Part shown: piece by piece, positions 29,975-44,507 of the stretch | Position numbering within the stretch: the stretch's first letter is position 1 | How the letters are laid out: the number at the start of each line of letters is the position of its first letter | The notes under the pieces: generated by a model | The model's input: only the letters and a program-made list of their open reading frames with translations | What the model was told of the DNA's origin: nothing | Databases searched by the model: none | NCBI RefSeq assembly: GCF_009914755.1 | Contig: NC_060936.1 | Length of the DNA: 64,000 nt | From: the human T2T-CHM13v2.0 reference genome, Homo sapiens | Direction: 5' to 3' (one strand) | Translations under genes and position numbers: made by a program

Positions 29975-30211
29975 ACCATATTTTATTTTTCTGATTAATA
30001 ATAAGGACTAAATATACTCATATACAGGAGACACAGCAAAATTATTTTAAATGTAGACTTTTCCAATGATAATAGTAGTCTTAACAGCAAATACACATTA
30101 TTTTCTATTGACTGTAGTTCCTTTTAAATCCGTGTATTTCCTCATCAGTTTTACACTGCAGTTAAATGTACCTTAATAGAATATTTACCAAGAGCCAAAA
30201 CTTCTCCAACA

Positions 30212-30521
30212 TTTTATTTATTTATTACTTATTTATTAGAGATAGGGTCTCATTCTGTCACTAAAGCCAGAGTACACTGGCATGATCCTAGTTTACTGAA
30301 GCCCTGGACTCCTAAGGTCAAGCTGTTCTCCCACCTCAGCCTCCCAAGTAGCTAGGACTACAGATATGTAACACCACACCTGGCTGTTTTTTTAGTTTTT
30401 TGTACAGATGAGACCTCCCTATGTTACCCAGGATGGTTTCAAACATCTGGACTCAAGCGATCCCCCCACTTCAGCCTCCCAAAGCACTAGGATTACAGGC
30501 ATAAACCACTGAGCCCAGCCC
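30212..30521 (-). mobile_element. AluJ-like
   Basis: (ttta)n tail, gagatagggtctcattctgtcac...ccactgagcccagcc. Confidence 0.93.
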
Positions 30522-30854
30522 ATTTTAATCTTTAGATAGAACTCAGTTTTGCTCCAGTTTTGCCTGACAAGTGAATACTTGTTTAACTGCGTTGAGCTCC
30601 TAATTGCATTTATTTTTATTTTTCAAAAATGTTGATCATTGCCTTCTTATTTTACTTTTAAGTCCTTATGCTCTTTTAAGTTCATGAAAGAAGAAGGAAT
30701 TAGGAAAGAAGCCCTAACAAATTTCAAAATATACTAGTTTGAAAATGAAATTATGTTTTTAATAGGAGGACAACCAACATTTAACATTTTGTTCGGTATG
30801 GTATCTTTGGATAGTTATGTGTAATGCAAGAGTAAAGAAATGTTAATATTGTAA

Positions 30855-31100
30855 ACTAACCACATCTATGTAGCACTTCATATGTGCCAGGCTCAGTTCT
30901 CACTGCTTCATGTGTATTAATACCTTTCATTCTCATTGCAACCTTATGAGGTACGTGTTGTTTTCACCTTCGTTTTACCGAAGAGAAATTGAAGCACAGA
31001 GGGTTAAGTCACAAGCTCAATTACATAGTAAATAATGAAGGGGCTTGGGTTTGAACTGAGCCCATCTGGCTCTAGAAAGTATGCTCTTTGTGGCTATATT
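30855..31100 (-). mobile_element. MIR
   Basis: tgtgccaggc...caaccttatgaggta...gaaattgaagcacagagggttaagt MIR core. Confidence 0.75.
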
Positions 31101-31169
31101 ATGCCAACTTTGTAAAACACAAATAATACTATTTTTTTGATAGTTCACTAATAAAAATACTCTCCTCTA

Positions 31170-32515
31170 ACCTCAAATAGCCAAATAAATCTACAGCAAA
31201 AAGAACATACTGAAAGCATCATACTACCTAACTTTAAAATATACTACAAAGTTATAGTAATCAAAATAGCATGATACTGGCATAAAAACAGACACATAGA
31301 CCAATGGGGCATCATAGATCCCAGAAATGAATCCAGGCATTTGCAGCCAACTGACTTTTGACAGAAGTGCCAAAAATATATAATGAGGAACAGATAGTCT
31401 CTTCAATGAATAGCACTGGGGGTAACTGCATATCCATATGCAAAAGAAGGAAATTAGATCCTTATCTCACACCATATAGAAAATCAACTCAAAATAGAAT
31501 AAAGACTTAAATGTAAGATGCAAAACTGCAAACCTACAAGAAGAAAACACACAGGAAAAGCTCCATCACATTGATCTGGGCAATCCTTCTTCAGATATGA
31601 CCAGAAGCACAGGCAACAAAAGCAAAAATAGACAAATGGGATTATATCAAACTAAAAAGCTTCTGCATAGCAAAGGAAACAACCAACAGAGTAAAGAGAC
31701 AACCTATGGAATGAGAGACAATATTTGCAAATCCTATATCTGATAAGTGGTTAATATTTAAAATATATCAGGAATTAAAATAGCTCATAGCAACAAGACA
31801 AATCATCAAGTTTAAAAAATAGGCAAAGAACCTGAATAAACATTTCTTAAAAGAACACATGCAAATGGCCAATGGGTATATGAACAAGTACTCAACATCA
31901 CTAATCATCAGGGAAATGCAAATTAAAACTACAATGAGGTATCACCTCACACCTGTTAGAATGCTATTATGAAAAAGACGAAAGGTAACAAGTGTTGGCA
32001 AGGATGTGGAGAAAACGAAACCCTTGCATACTGTTGGTGGGAATGTATATTGGAACAGCCATTATGGAAAACAGTATGGAGGTTTTCAAAAAATTTAAAA
32101 ATTAAAAATAGAACTACCATATGATCCAGCAATCCTGCTACTAGTTATATATATATATATACACAAAGGAAATCAGTATATCAAAAAGATATCTACACTC
32201 TCATGTTTACTGTAGCATTATTCACAATAGCCAAGATACAGAGTCAACCTGTGTCCAGTGGTAGATGAATGGATAAAGAAAATGTGATACATCTATACAG
32301 TGGAATATTATTTGACCATTAAAAAAAGAAAATCCTATCATTTTGCAACATAAATGGACCTGGAGGAGCTAGGCCCAGAAAGACAAATACTGTATGTTCT
32401 AATTTACATGTGAAATCTCAAAAACTTGATCTGACAGAAGTAGAAAGTAGAATGGTGGTTACCAGGAGCTGCAGAGGTGGATGAAGGAGGCTGGGGAGTT
32501 GCTGGTCAAAAAATA
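31170..32515 (+). mobile_element. L1 (L1MA/L1PB-like) ORF2 3' part and start of 3'UTR, truncated at both ends
   Basis: atactacaaagttatagtaatcaaaatagcatgatactggcataaaaacagacac...gaactaccatatgatccagcaatcc...agaatggtggttaccagg. Confidence 0.93.
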
Positions 32516-34620
32516 TATTTTAAAAATTTTCCTGATTCGAATCCTATGTACACTAGTTTCTAACTTACAAGTCAGTAGTCATCTTAAGTCATTTATAAAT
32601 TTTAATTTAGCACTCTGTGTTAACCCATAAAAATATTATATAATGCCCTGTTTTTACACATCCTAAAGAATGAGAATCATTGGCATGCAGCATGAAAAAA
32701 AAAATAAAAGACTCAGAGTAACTTAGCAATTGAGTATGGCTGGAGATAACAATGTGCGGAGAATGGCAAGAACTAAGGCAGGAGTGACATTATAAAGTTC
32801 TATGGTCCCAAATGCAATTTTGTAATTTTATCCATAAGAGAATGGAAATAGAAAAAAAATTATCTTATGCATAGGCATGAGATAGCCAAATAGATGTTTT
32901 ACAAGGATTATAGCAGAGAAAATATTGAATATAAACCGGAAGCCAGGTAGTTATTTAAAATGCTGTTACTATTAGTAAGCAACGATGAAACCTAAGTTTA
33001 ATTAGAATGGGGAAGAGGAGAACTAAACAAAAACTCAACATTTAAATAGTAAGTAGACTGGATTTGGTAACTGGTAACACTGAAACTGTTGGGGAGGAAA
33101 TAAACTATGGGCAAATTATAGTAATACCTAATATATACACATCAATGCTTTAACATTGTTTTGATTTTTAAACAGAAAACCCATAGGCAGCACAAGAATA
33201 ACATAAGCCATGGTGAAAAAAAAAGGTATCATTACAAATATGAGGTTTTATCATACACCATTCTTATCTTAAAATTTCATAAAATCTTCATTTTAAAATA
33301 CCATCTAACTGAATTTAGTTCCTGAAAACATCAGTACCTTTTATAATTTCACCTATAATATAATCAGTCAACATTGATTAATAATATAATTGCTATACTA
33401 AGGTTTGGATAGAAAATAAAAATTTATCATCAAATATATTTCACTTGTTCAATGATTAAAATCTATAATTATAGGTAACATTTTCATAGCAAATTTTGTA
33501 TGAAGAATTAATCTGGTGTGCTAGCATTTCCTGCTGTTAACTGTAGTAACTACTTGTAAATGACATTTAAAATCAACTTATGCATTCATTCATTCAACCA
33601 GGCCATGCCAGGTAAGTACCAGGTAGGTAAAACTACTAAACTCGGTGGGAAATATAAGTGAAAGAGAAGTTATAGTTACTATCCGAAAGAAATTTAAAAC
33701 TTAACTAAGGAAATTAAATGTAGGGGCATCTCATTCTAACAGTAGCAACTAAATCTGTTAATGAATAGCATTTTATTTTCAATTAAATTACTTTCAAACT
33801 ACACTCTCTTCTGCTGCTTATTAGGATGAAATATAGCAGGTTATATATTTCACACTTTGTAACACTTGGACTTTTTGTTCTTTCTTTCTTTTAATATTAG
33901 AAGGCCCTAACTGGGATTCTCAAACTGGAAGTTGGATTTTGAATCTTGAATTACATTAAAAGTTTGTGTATAAGCACGTTTGTGAGGAGGTCTACAGATT
34001 TAATCAAAATTTAAAATGGTTTCATGACCCCAAAAGGTTGAAATACCATGAGGTCATTTAGGGAAGTAGAAAATGAATCTAAATCATGTTTCTCCAAAGC
34101 CAGTAACTTATCTTAATTTGTTGTTATACATCTTTTCCAAGTGACTTTACAATTCTGCAGAAAGAGGAATGAAAATAATAAAACCTCAGCCCAAAAGTCA
34201 CTGTCCTAAAATTGTAAGTTAAATACCTAGCCAGTCTTGAAATTTTCAGTTATAGAATTTAAGATTTTAATGAAATATTTATTTGTCAAAATAAGTTTTC
34301 AAGATTTTTTATGTCTAACTTTAAAAAGTGCTCTGAAACTCACAGGACCATTACAAAGTGATTTAAAAAAAGAGTATCAATCCCAGCTTAAAAAAATAAA
34401 GTTTCTAGGCTTTTTATGAAAATTCAGTTCCACAATGCTATTTTTTAAAGTTACAATTTTCTGCAGCATCAAAAAGTTCCATTTTGAGGACCAGAAGTTT
34501 AATTCAGACAGGATGGTTCTCACAAGCCTTCTAAAGCAATCTACATCTACTGACGTAGACTTACAGGTAAGTAAGAAGATGGTGATTAACACCTTCAGAA
34601 ACAGTAGAAATCTTTGTGAT

Positions 34621-34626
34621 TTTATT
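34621..34626 (-). terminator. Candidate distal poly(A) signal AATAAA
   Basis: tttatt on +; U/GU-rich downstream on minus (tttctactgtttctgaaggtgtt). Confidence 0.45.
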
Positions 34627-37600
34627 TAATCTCTGTTGAGCACAATGAGTATGAATGAATTCAAATTTCCAGAAAATCCGTCTGTAGGTAGAACAAATAA
34701 AATATTTAATCACAAGGGTCTGGAATCAGTACTCATTACTGCTAATAGCACAGTTGTATAAAAGAAGACACAATGCTACCTTACGCTAGCCTGAGTCAGA
34801 TAGGATTAGGAATAGCCAAAACCACAATATAGTTCCCTTTTTTTGCTTGTTTTCAATGATGCTTAGTTGGGATTTGTCATCTGAAGACAGCGTTTTTTAT
34901 AGGTCATAATAAGACCAGTCTATAATCAAAGTCTGTAAGTCCAGTCTATATTTTATAAGTCCAGTCTATAATCAAAGACACCAAATTTAGGACTATCAGT
35001 CTCAGACTTTAGAGAAACATAACTGTTTTGATAATCCAGGTAATTTTAATTTTCTCCAGTGGAGAAAGTGAAACATCTCCAACAGATTGATTGTCACCAA
35101 GAGTTTTAATTTTTTGAAGAGGACAAAGAATTCCATTCAGCTTCCAGAGAATGAGTGAATGAGAAGGCATTTCATTTTCCAAAGCTCCCTTCTCTCTCAT
35201 TTCTCTAACACAATACACTTGGAAACAAAAGGCAGATTATTAACTTTTAAAATGAAGCTACTTGTTTCTCTCCCCTCTCTGGATGCCTCGCCCCTCCTCT
35301 CTCCTGCCTCTCAGCACATCTGGTAACCATGTGTGGTAGTGCTAATGAAGACTTTCCTGAGTGAGTTACAATTAGTTCCGACTGCCGTGCAGCTTTCCTG
35401 GGCTGTACCAAAGTAAAACATAGGAATGGGGGCAAAGGAGAACCAATAACTATTTCACTTCTCAAAACTGAATTCTCTTCTGCCCCTGGGACTCTCATCA
35501 CCAATGCTCGGGAGGATTTTTTTTTTTTTTTTAAGGTGTAAGCAAATACTTTCATAGTTTCCTCCAAATCAGTATTTTATCCAACTTGATTGAATGCAAC
35601 AGGCAGGCAACAGTACTTCTATGATCCTCTGAACAATAAAGAATTGTTAAATAGATGCTATTCCCCCTTCATGGCCTACGTATTATACTTACCTAACAAT
35701 TTTATCTACTTTAATAGAATAAATTTGTGTGTTTGTGTGTTTTACTATTTGATGGATTAGAAGGAACTGCGGAAGCAAATGTACTGTATACAATTAGGCT
35801 GTCTTGAAACCGTACATTTTTGTTTACTCTAGGCCTCTTCCCCCTTCTCAATCAAGCTACTAATAGAGCTGTTTTAAGTTTCAACAAGGACCATATTAAC
35901 TGTGGGTCTCCACATGAAACAGAATGCTAAACCCCAGAGTCTCCTGACAATGTGAGCTCAAAGTCTCCCAAATCCTGTTTCACATTTTTGTCTGAAATCA
36001 TCGTTACTTCTTTGCAATGCTTTTTTCTGTACCTAGCAAATTATTAGTGCTCAATAGACAATATACGATGGCAGTGACGCCCTTTGTGAGCATGTTTTAA
36101 GTGACACTGAGGGTAGAAAACTTGATATAGTTATTTTTGACAACTTGTATTTATGCCTTACGATTTTAATGGCATCTACTTTTTAATTTTACCAACTCTG
36201 GTCCTTTTATATGGATTTACTTGGTAAAAGCTAACCAATCATAACAACCACAGTTTGCATTTCAGCCTGCCAAGCATATTCTCTATATACACACAGTAGG
36301 CACATGAACTCCTGTAACAATTAAGAGTCACAAATAAACATTTATAAACAAGAATTCAAAATCAGAAATAAAAACTGGATTTCCTAACATGCCACTTGAA
36401 GCTGTAACAATGTATAAATCAAATCATCCCCAAAACAAAGAAATACAGCAATCAAGAAACAACATAGAAGAAAGCTGTGGGAATGTTACTTCTTCTTTTA
36501 ACAGAAACCAAAATGAAATGATATAACATCCAGGAATAGTGATCATAAAGAAAATGCAATAAGCATATTAGGTTAAAAAATAAATCACACTCCTTCAACT
36601 CCTCTGGAACTTAAATGTAAATAGTTTCTTAATAAAATAAAGAAAAACATCTCCCTCACTATGTATAGTTGAAAAATATTTCAAATTCATACAACTAAAA
36701 TTTCTACAACTGTTTTCCCTGCTGCCGTCCCCTTCTCTCATTAAAAATGTGAATGATTTAACTGTACAGTACCAAAATCTCAGGCTAGAGAAAGTTTTAC
36801 CCTGAGCTGGCCAGGGTAAAACTTTGCATCCATGTCTGGGTGATTATCCTTCCGAGTTGATCTCTGTTCCTTTCAGAAATGATCAAATTTAAAATAAAAA
36901 CAAAAATCCTCTGCAGATCTTTTGTAAGGTGTGTGGGTGTTTTTTTCATACCAGGAGAACCCTAGAGAATGGGAAAATTATACAACACACGCAGAAAATT
37001 CTTATAAAAGGCTTTAACTTAAGTGATAAAAATACTGAGATTCATCTACATTTCAAAATGCCAATATAATTGGCACCACTAACAATAAGTTAGTTAGCAA
37101 CACAAATACTGTAATATAGAATGATGTGACTTTCAGTACTAATTTTTTCTTTATATTTATGAATAGGATGCTGACTTTAGTAGCAATAACGACAGTTAAT
37201 GACAACCCAGTGAGCCATTGCCCAGTGCCTCCTGGGCCTTAGGAAGGGGGTAGTCCCATGTGTAAATGATAATTAATGCCATTAAACATTCCAACACTAT
37301 ACTTACTTAACAGCTTTTGGCATTCAAATGCTCAAATGTTTCTACAGTACCTTACAAAATAATTAGATACTGCGAAGGTATACAGGGTTGATTTTCAAGG
37401 TAACTGATATTTCTCTTGAGAACCGAATTGGTCTGTAATTTTTATGTTCACAAATCAGTTTTATATGTGGGCATTATATTTTTATGGAACTAAGTAATAA
37501 GCTGTGTACGAATTCAATACACTGTAAGCCGTGCCCCTCACACAGTTGACATCAATTCTCAGTCCCTGTGTCACTAAGGTTTGCTCTGCACCTGATGCTG

Positions 37601-37826
37601 CTATGACAAATCAGACTGCTTCTAGATGTGATTCAAATGCATTTCTACAAACTGTGGACTCAGTGATGTATATAATGATCATAGCCCTACTCTCAATATT
37701 TCAGGAAGGCAGTGGGAGGTAAAACTAAATAATACAATATTCACATATTGGATAACAACTTTAAAAGTTATCTAATGTTGGTAAACATATATAATAGGAT
37801 CTGATTTCCTGACAATAAAGAATCCT

Positions 37827-37832
37827 TTTATT
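37827..37832 (-). terminator. Candidate proximal poly(A) signal AATAAA
   Basis: Minus strand ctgtacatacAATAAAagg with upstream UGUA. Confidence 0.45.
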
Positions 37833-40800
37833 GTATGTACAGATGTTTAAATTAACACACACATTCCATTCTTATCTCTCTTAAATTCAGCAGGATAACT
37901 GTAAGTCTTTGCAAGGCATGTTATCAATGTAAAGGCAATAAAAAAGTCACTCTCTTGTGAATTACTATTTACAGTATTTCACAAGAATGGCATTCACACC
38001 CTCCAAATGAACAAGGTTGTCTCTTTAAATTGAAGGACACCACAGGCACTCTTCATCAGTTAGCATTAGTGATAGGGGGAGGGGGAGGGAGAAAATAAAC
38101 CATTTTTCCATCATTTGAACTCTCCCTGACCTTTGCAAGCTATTCAAGTAGGCTCTTAAGATAATTCAAATGAATAACATATACACACATACATAGAACA
38201 GATATACAGACAGCAAAAGAGTGAATCCTATTAACTAGATAGGTTGATATGTAGACAGACATTCACCCCCTTGGAGCCTATTTCTTGGTATTGTCATTGA
38301 GAGCACAAGAGTAACTCCCATTAAAAGACAGTAAAAACATTCCATGATTTTAATCAATCATTATGTGAACCAAGGTATAGACTTGCTGTGAACCATGTAT
38401 AGATAAAACAAACAGATAAAAAATAATAAGAAAAAAGCCACCTGCCCATATGGTGACTTCAAATTTTTCCACATATGATCATGGTTGTACTAGTTGGAGA
38501 AAGTGGGTAAGGAGACTGGCAAATATCAAATGCACTAAGAAGTATACAGTGAAATAGATCATTCAAGTAATATTTAGCTTAAAAAATTCAAAATATCCCA
38601 GTCTTAAACTTATTTCTATTCCAAAAGTTAAATATAAAATTTTAGGAAAAGACGTTACATGTCATGAATGTGCACTCATACACATCTACAAATACAAAAT
38701 TATTTATTCATTTTTACTAAAATATTTGCTCAAAATAGAGACTAACTGATGTCTGTCTAGCAACTTACAACACCACTTCCCCACTTAACTTGCACTACAT
38801 GCTGGAGTCCTAATGGTACTATTACCGGGCCAGTTGCAATTTTTTACACAGAACACTGATGAAGATAGTAACCCAAACTTGACACTTGAACGCATTAAAA
38901 AATCATGCATGAATCATGCATGTAAATATTTTTAGGTTGCTTTCTGAAGCCACTCAGTTACCTATTTCCCCAGAAAGACATACAAAAGGGGAAAAGAGTA
39001 GAAACCAAGATTTAAAATATGACAAAATTATCCTCTATAAATCGTACAGTTTCTAGACTCAAAAGCAAAATCCTACCAAAATTAACACAGGAAGATAGAG
39101 ATAAAAGAGTCCCAAATAAACCTTTCTTCCAGCCAGAAACCATGTGAATGTGGAAGTTTCTTCAGAGTAAAACGTGTATCTTGGGTTCCCAGGAAGCTCT
39201 GTCAGTGGCAGGGATGTGGAATTCACTGGCCCTGCAAACTCATCCCTCCCAGGCTTTCCTGCTACCTTCTGGAGCAGTGACAATACCAATTCTAGAAACC
39301 AGGAGTAAAGAGGGAATTGCTCTATTGTGATTCCCAGTGACCCATAGAACAGGATTTCACTAGTCCTATGACATGTGACTGGGCTTGGGAAGTTCCCGTG
39401 TCAGTTCCAAAAATCCTAAGGTGGGATCTTCGCTTTGTGAAGCAAATTAATTACACAACCAAATATTGCCACATTCTTGAGGTCTATTGACACAATGGGA
39501 ACTTCAACCCCTACTTAGCTTAGCATTTTTTTTTTCAAGAGTGAAAAGTGGTCCACGTAGAGCACAATATAATTTAAGTAAAGGAAGATTAAAACATATT
39601 TTTATCCATTTCTTATGGTGGGAAATTACATGTTTTAGATTTGAGGTCCCCCTCTCAGGAAACCCTTTCAACTTCGTATTATTCACTCCTGAGTAGTATG
39701 TGGTAGAAAATGAGTGGAAATCAGTTTGTCCACTATTTCCGAGTCTTCTGCACTGCAATACTTTCATCAATATTTACAATATCTCAGTCCTGTTTACAGA
39801 TGTGTATCACATCAGGCTCAACCAAGTTACAGAATTCCCTGTGGTTTTTATCTGGACATCTAATTAAAAACTAAAAGTTATTATTCTCACAATTATCACT
39901 GCTTTTTAAAACCAGTATATTCACTACATGTTCTTCTTAGTTTCGAAATGAGAAAATAACCAGTATTTTATGTATAGGATATCCAATAATAATTTTATTA
40001 AGAAAGAGACTTAAGAAACTCTCCCCCTTTCCCATATCCCTGGCAGGATAAAATAGCATTTCTAATGGTAAATACTAAAGTAAAAAAATGTGAACAGTCA
40101 TGGAAACTGTGAGTTTTCCCAACACATGTGAGTCACTTAATATCCCCAGAAGTAATGTAGCCACCCGAAAAAACACACAGATTCAAAAGGAGATGATGAT
40201 TTGATGGTTTTTCCTGTGTCTAAGTAAGATTGGCTATGACTAAATAATTTCTCAATTGCTGGACTAAAACAAGCCAAAACAAACAGTGTTTAAAACTTTA
40301 AAGTATATTGTGTGGTGGTGACTGTCCAAGGTCTTGCTAAAGTCAACATTGATAGATAATACTGAGATGAGTTAGATGCAAAGGGCTGTTCTTCAATTCA
40401 TTGATTATAAAAACAAAAAACTCTGCAGCATTGTTGCAACCAGAAAAAAATAAAAATAAAACATTCTCACCTATATATTAACAAATCCAACATGATTCAC
40501 ATTTAATAATAAGAGGGGAAACATATATACCTGAGGTAGTTAAAGTTCAAATGGTTGCAAAATGGTAAAATATTTTTCTTAGTATAACAATGGTAGAATA
40601 ATTCTCAGCATTTTCAAATCAATAAAAATTTTGTCCATATCCTACAGTATATACATATTCATTTTCCCTAGCCCTTTTGTAATCATTCACATTTCTTTAA
40701 ATGAAAAAAGTACCAGGCGTATAGTTTAAAATATTAAATGGAAACACTGAAACCTAATCAAGGAAAAGTCATTCATTTAATCAAGAAACTTTTATCAAAT

Positions 40801-41535
40801 GCCTATTGTGTCCTACCGGAAGTGTCTCAGTTCTGTCGGAAGGTAAACTATGCAGATACAATAGAAGTGAACACTTGTTTCCCAGCCTTGCTAATTTTAA
40901 TCTTATTATGGAAACCAGGTATACATATTTTTCTAAGTTGCTTAAAATTTAATTACTTAAAATTACTTAAAATTCTAAATTACTTAAAAATTTAATTCAT
41001 GTCAATGTGATCAAACAGATCAATTTCTTTCATTGTCCTGGTTCAATTATGTTAACATTATTTTCCCAGGAAGATAATGTTCCTAGGAACATATAGATTT
41101 AAAAAACCAGCAAATAGGAAAAAATGTAGGTTGTAGACTTCTTTTCCAGGTAGTCTTTGAAAAATGAACAGAATTCAGTATTGAAAATATCTATGGTTCT
41201 AACTTTGTCACTGTGTAACCTTAAATAAATTACTTAGCATCTCTGAGTCTTTACTTTCTAAACTATTAAATGGTTTGTGATGAAACTGCTCCAAGTAAAA
41301 AGATCACAAATTTACCACTTATAAATTCTAGTAAATATTTGGAAGATGGTAGAAACAAAGTAATTGTAACCATACTGTTATTATATTGTCATAAGACAAA
41401 ATGCCCTTGTGGTTGTTCAAAAACTACATGAATCTTCTCTGACAATTGAAAAATAGAAATGTTTCAATGTTTCATTACAAATATGAAATATTTACTTAAG
41501 CTATATGCCTACAATGCTTATTAAAAATTCATTTA

Positions 41536-41843
<308 letters not shown>

Positions 41844-44507
41844 TTAATGGTAGAATACTTGCTTGTGATTGGGGGAAATACTAGTGATTGGGAAAATGGT
41901 AGAATGCTTAGAATACTTCGTGACTGGGGGGAAACACTTTATAAATAACAAGCACTTAATAAGTTAAATACAACTCTAAATTTAAAAATATTTTCTCTTT
42001 ACCAATAATCAAAAATACTATTATTTCTTAAACTACAGAATTTGGACATGTAGGAAAACTGATGTAGCTGCAAATGGATAAGAGATATCAAAGCTGAAGA
42101 ATCCCAAATACCAGTTTTGATTGTCCCAGTGGGATGGGTAAATGGGGCTTTCTCTATCTTTTGAGTCCTGAGTTTTGCATATCATAAGGCTCACTGAATA
42201 CTTCTTAATTGAGTGATACTAATCTTAGATATTCATATAGTTTCAGTGTCTCTATCCCTTAAAAAATTGTCATGATGAGGATACTGAAATTATAAGCTTC
42301 ATATTACTTACTAGCAATACCATATGCCAGAAAAATGACAAATTACTGGGTTCAGGAGACAGACAGAGGGATCAATTTGGTGCTTAAGAAATACTGACAA
42401 TTAAGAATTTCATGAAGAAAAAAGCATTTGGATTCTTATGATTAAAGGCTACAAATTTACAATATAATACCATAACTACATTGCTTAAAGTCCTTAAACC
42501 GCTTACTTTATTATTTCTTTCTCAAAACTCAACTCCTCTTGAGAATTGATAACTGCAAACAATAAGTAACTTTCCAAACTGTTTCCATGATCGAACTCTA
42601 CTGGTGAACAAAATATTCAAAGATCTTTATGTAAATTAAAACACAGGGGAAATATAAAATTGCTATACATGCTCAGAAAACATCATAAGGAAGTCTAGAT
42701 AAAAAGTAGATAATAACATTAGATAACATTTTTTGTCCCTGGCTACAAAAACTACCATCTCTAAATTTCAGAATGTTCCTGTGACAGATGACAAACTAAT
42801 AAATTCGGTAAGACTTGCTTTATTTGATGTATTGATTAATAATAATTTGTAACTTATTTTAAACTGAACTTTAAAAATAAACATTATGTGCTCATTAAAT
42901 AATGTGAAGGCCTCTTGTAAAGCCCCAAATTAATCATTAAGGTTGTTTGTTTAACATCTACCATGCATAAGACACACTACTGGGTACTCTAACTGTATTT
43001 TAAAGTTAATAAATAGACCAAAGATTAATCAATACCTAATTTAATCATTTGAGTATATATCTTCAAGTATTGTGAAGAAAAGTTAGTGCAGACCTGAATA
43101 CATATAACATTTTTATTATAAAAATAAAGGACTAAAGAAATATGCAAGGCATATAAACAAACAATACAAGTTTTAGGTAGCCTTGGTACTGTTGGTTCTA
43201 ATAAATACGCATTAACTTTAGCATAATATCAATATGTACCTTTATAGTATTATATAAACAAAGCAGTAATAAAGAAGTTACAATTGATAAAACAGGTCGC
43301 ACCATATTTATCCTGGCCTGGAATCCCTCTTGAAATCATGCCTAATATTCACAGTAGAATCTAGAGTTCAATAATGTATCAAGCGTGTTACACTAACAAC
43401 ATTTTAAAATATTTCTTCCTGACCAAGTTGTTCAGCTATTCTGAAGTGTGACTGACTGGAATATTTGAAAGTTTCTCTAGATAATGCAATTATAGTGCCA
43501 TCCATATCCATCATATATATTTAGCCTTTTTTAAAAAGTATATTTAGTGTATCATTTGCTTTAGTGATAGCCAGCAGCAATGAATTCCACAGTTTAGTTG
43601 TATGTGGCACAAAAAATTACTTCCTTTTAACTGTTTTGGTCAAGATATTTTATTTCACTGGGTGTGTACTTGCACTGAGAATATAAAGGATGCTAAAGAA
43701 ATCCACCAATGGATATATATTTTTCATTACTATATTCAGTCAATACAGATAATAGCCTTCATTTGAGTCTCATATTTTACTCATGACTAAAATACAGTGC
43801 TGGCATTTGCAATTCCTTATTTCTCAATGATTTCATTTTCTGCTTTTGTGAAGCACACAGAACCTTCAGCAAACATTTCTCAAAGAATGTATTGTTTAAT
43901 ATTTACCAAAGTTTGTTACATTCTGACTATGAGTATTAGTAGAGGAGAGACTGGAACAGATAACCTAATGTTGGGGCATATAAAAATAATTGATAATGCT
44001 TCCCATCAAAGCCTGAGCCAATTTTGAGGTTCATATTGTGTTGCAAACTACCTAAAGAAGAGATGAATTGTCTCCATAGACTTTCTGGTTCATAAATTTC
44101 CTGTAGAAAGGAAGTAATTGTTTTTGTTTAAAGGAAACATCCTGGGTTAAATTAAGCAAAAGTCTCATTTTCTGTCAACAGAAGACAAAGCAGAGAGGTA
44201 AAAAGGTCAATAAATATCGGAAAGCAAGAGACTAACTGGTATTTATTTGGTACCTTGCACGCGTAAGCATTGAGAACACCAGAAAAAACAAAATATCTGA
44301 ATTCCTGAATTAATTTCCCTTTTGTGTTCAACTATTTTGTATTTTGCAAAGGTGTGATATAAAAACACATTGCCCACCATACAATAAATATATATGCTAA
44401 TGTTTTAAAGTTTAAACGCTTTCTAATTCAAAATAAAGCATGGCAGAACTGGGACAATCATCTGTTCTACCCGCATGTGTCCAACTGGTCCAACAGAACT
44501 TTCTTAC

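Larger units (their letters stand above)
34600..39859 (-). other. Putative terminal exon with long 3'UTR of an unidentified minus-strand gene
   Basis: Acceptor tttttaattag|ATGTCC at 39861-39860; >5 kb without recognisable transposons, U-rich on minus; PUM elements UGUAHAUA at 39771, 37834, 36284; AATAAA(-) at 38703, 37827, 34621 (and 33772). Possible tails by phase: xCPDKNHREFCNLVEPDVIHICKQD*, xVQIKTTGNSVTWLSLM* or MSR*. Confidence 0.6.

Noticed and set aside
38075-38091. G-rich run as a G-quadruplex
   Set aside because: Only three G>=3 tracts
36100-39760. CAGUGN hexamers in the UTR as iron-responsive elements
   Set aside because: No flanking 5-bp stem with C-bulge
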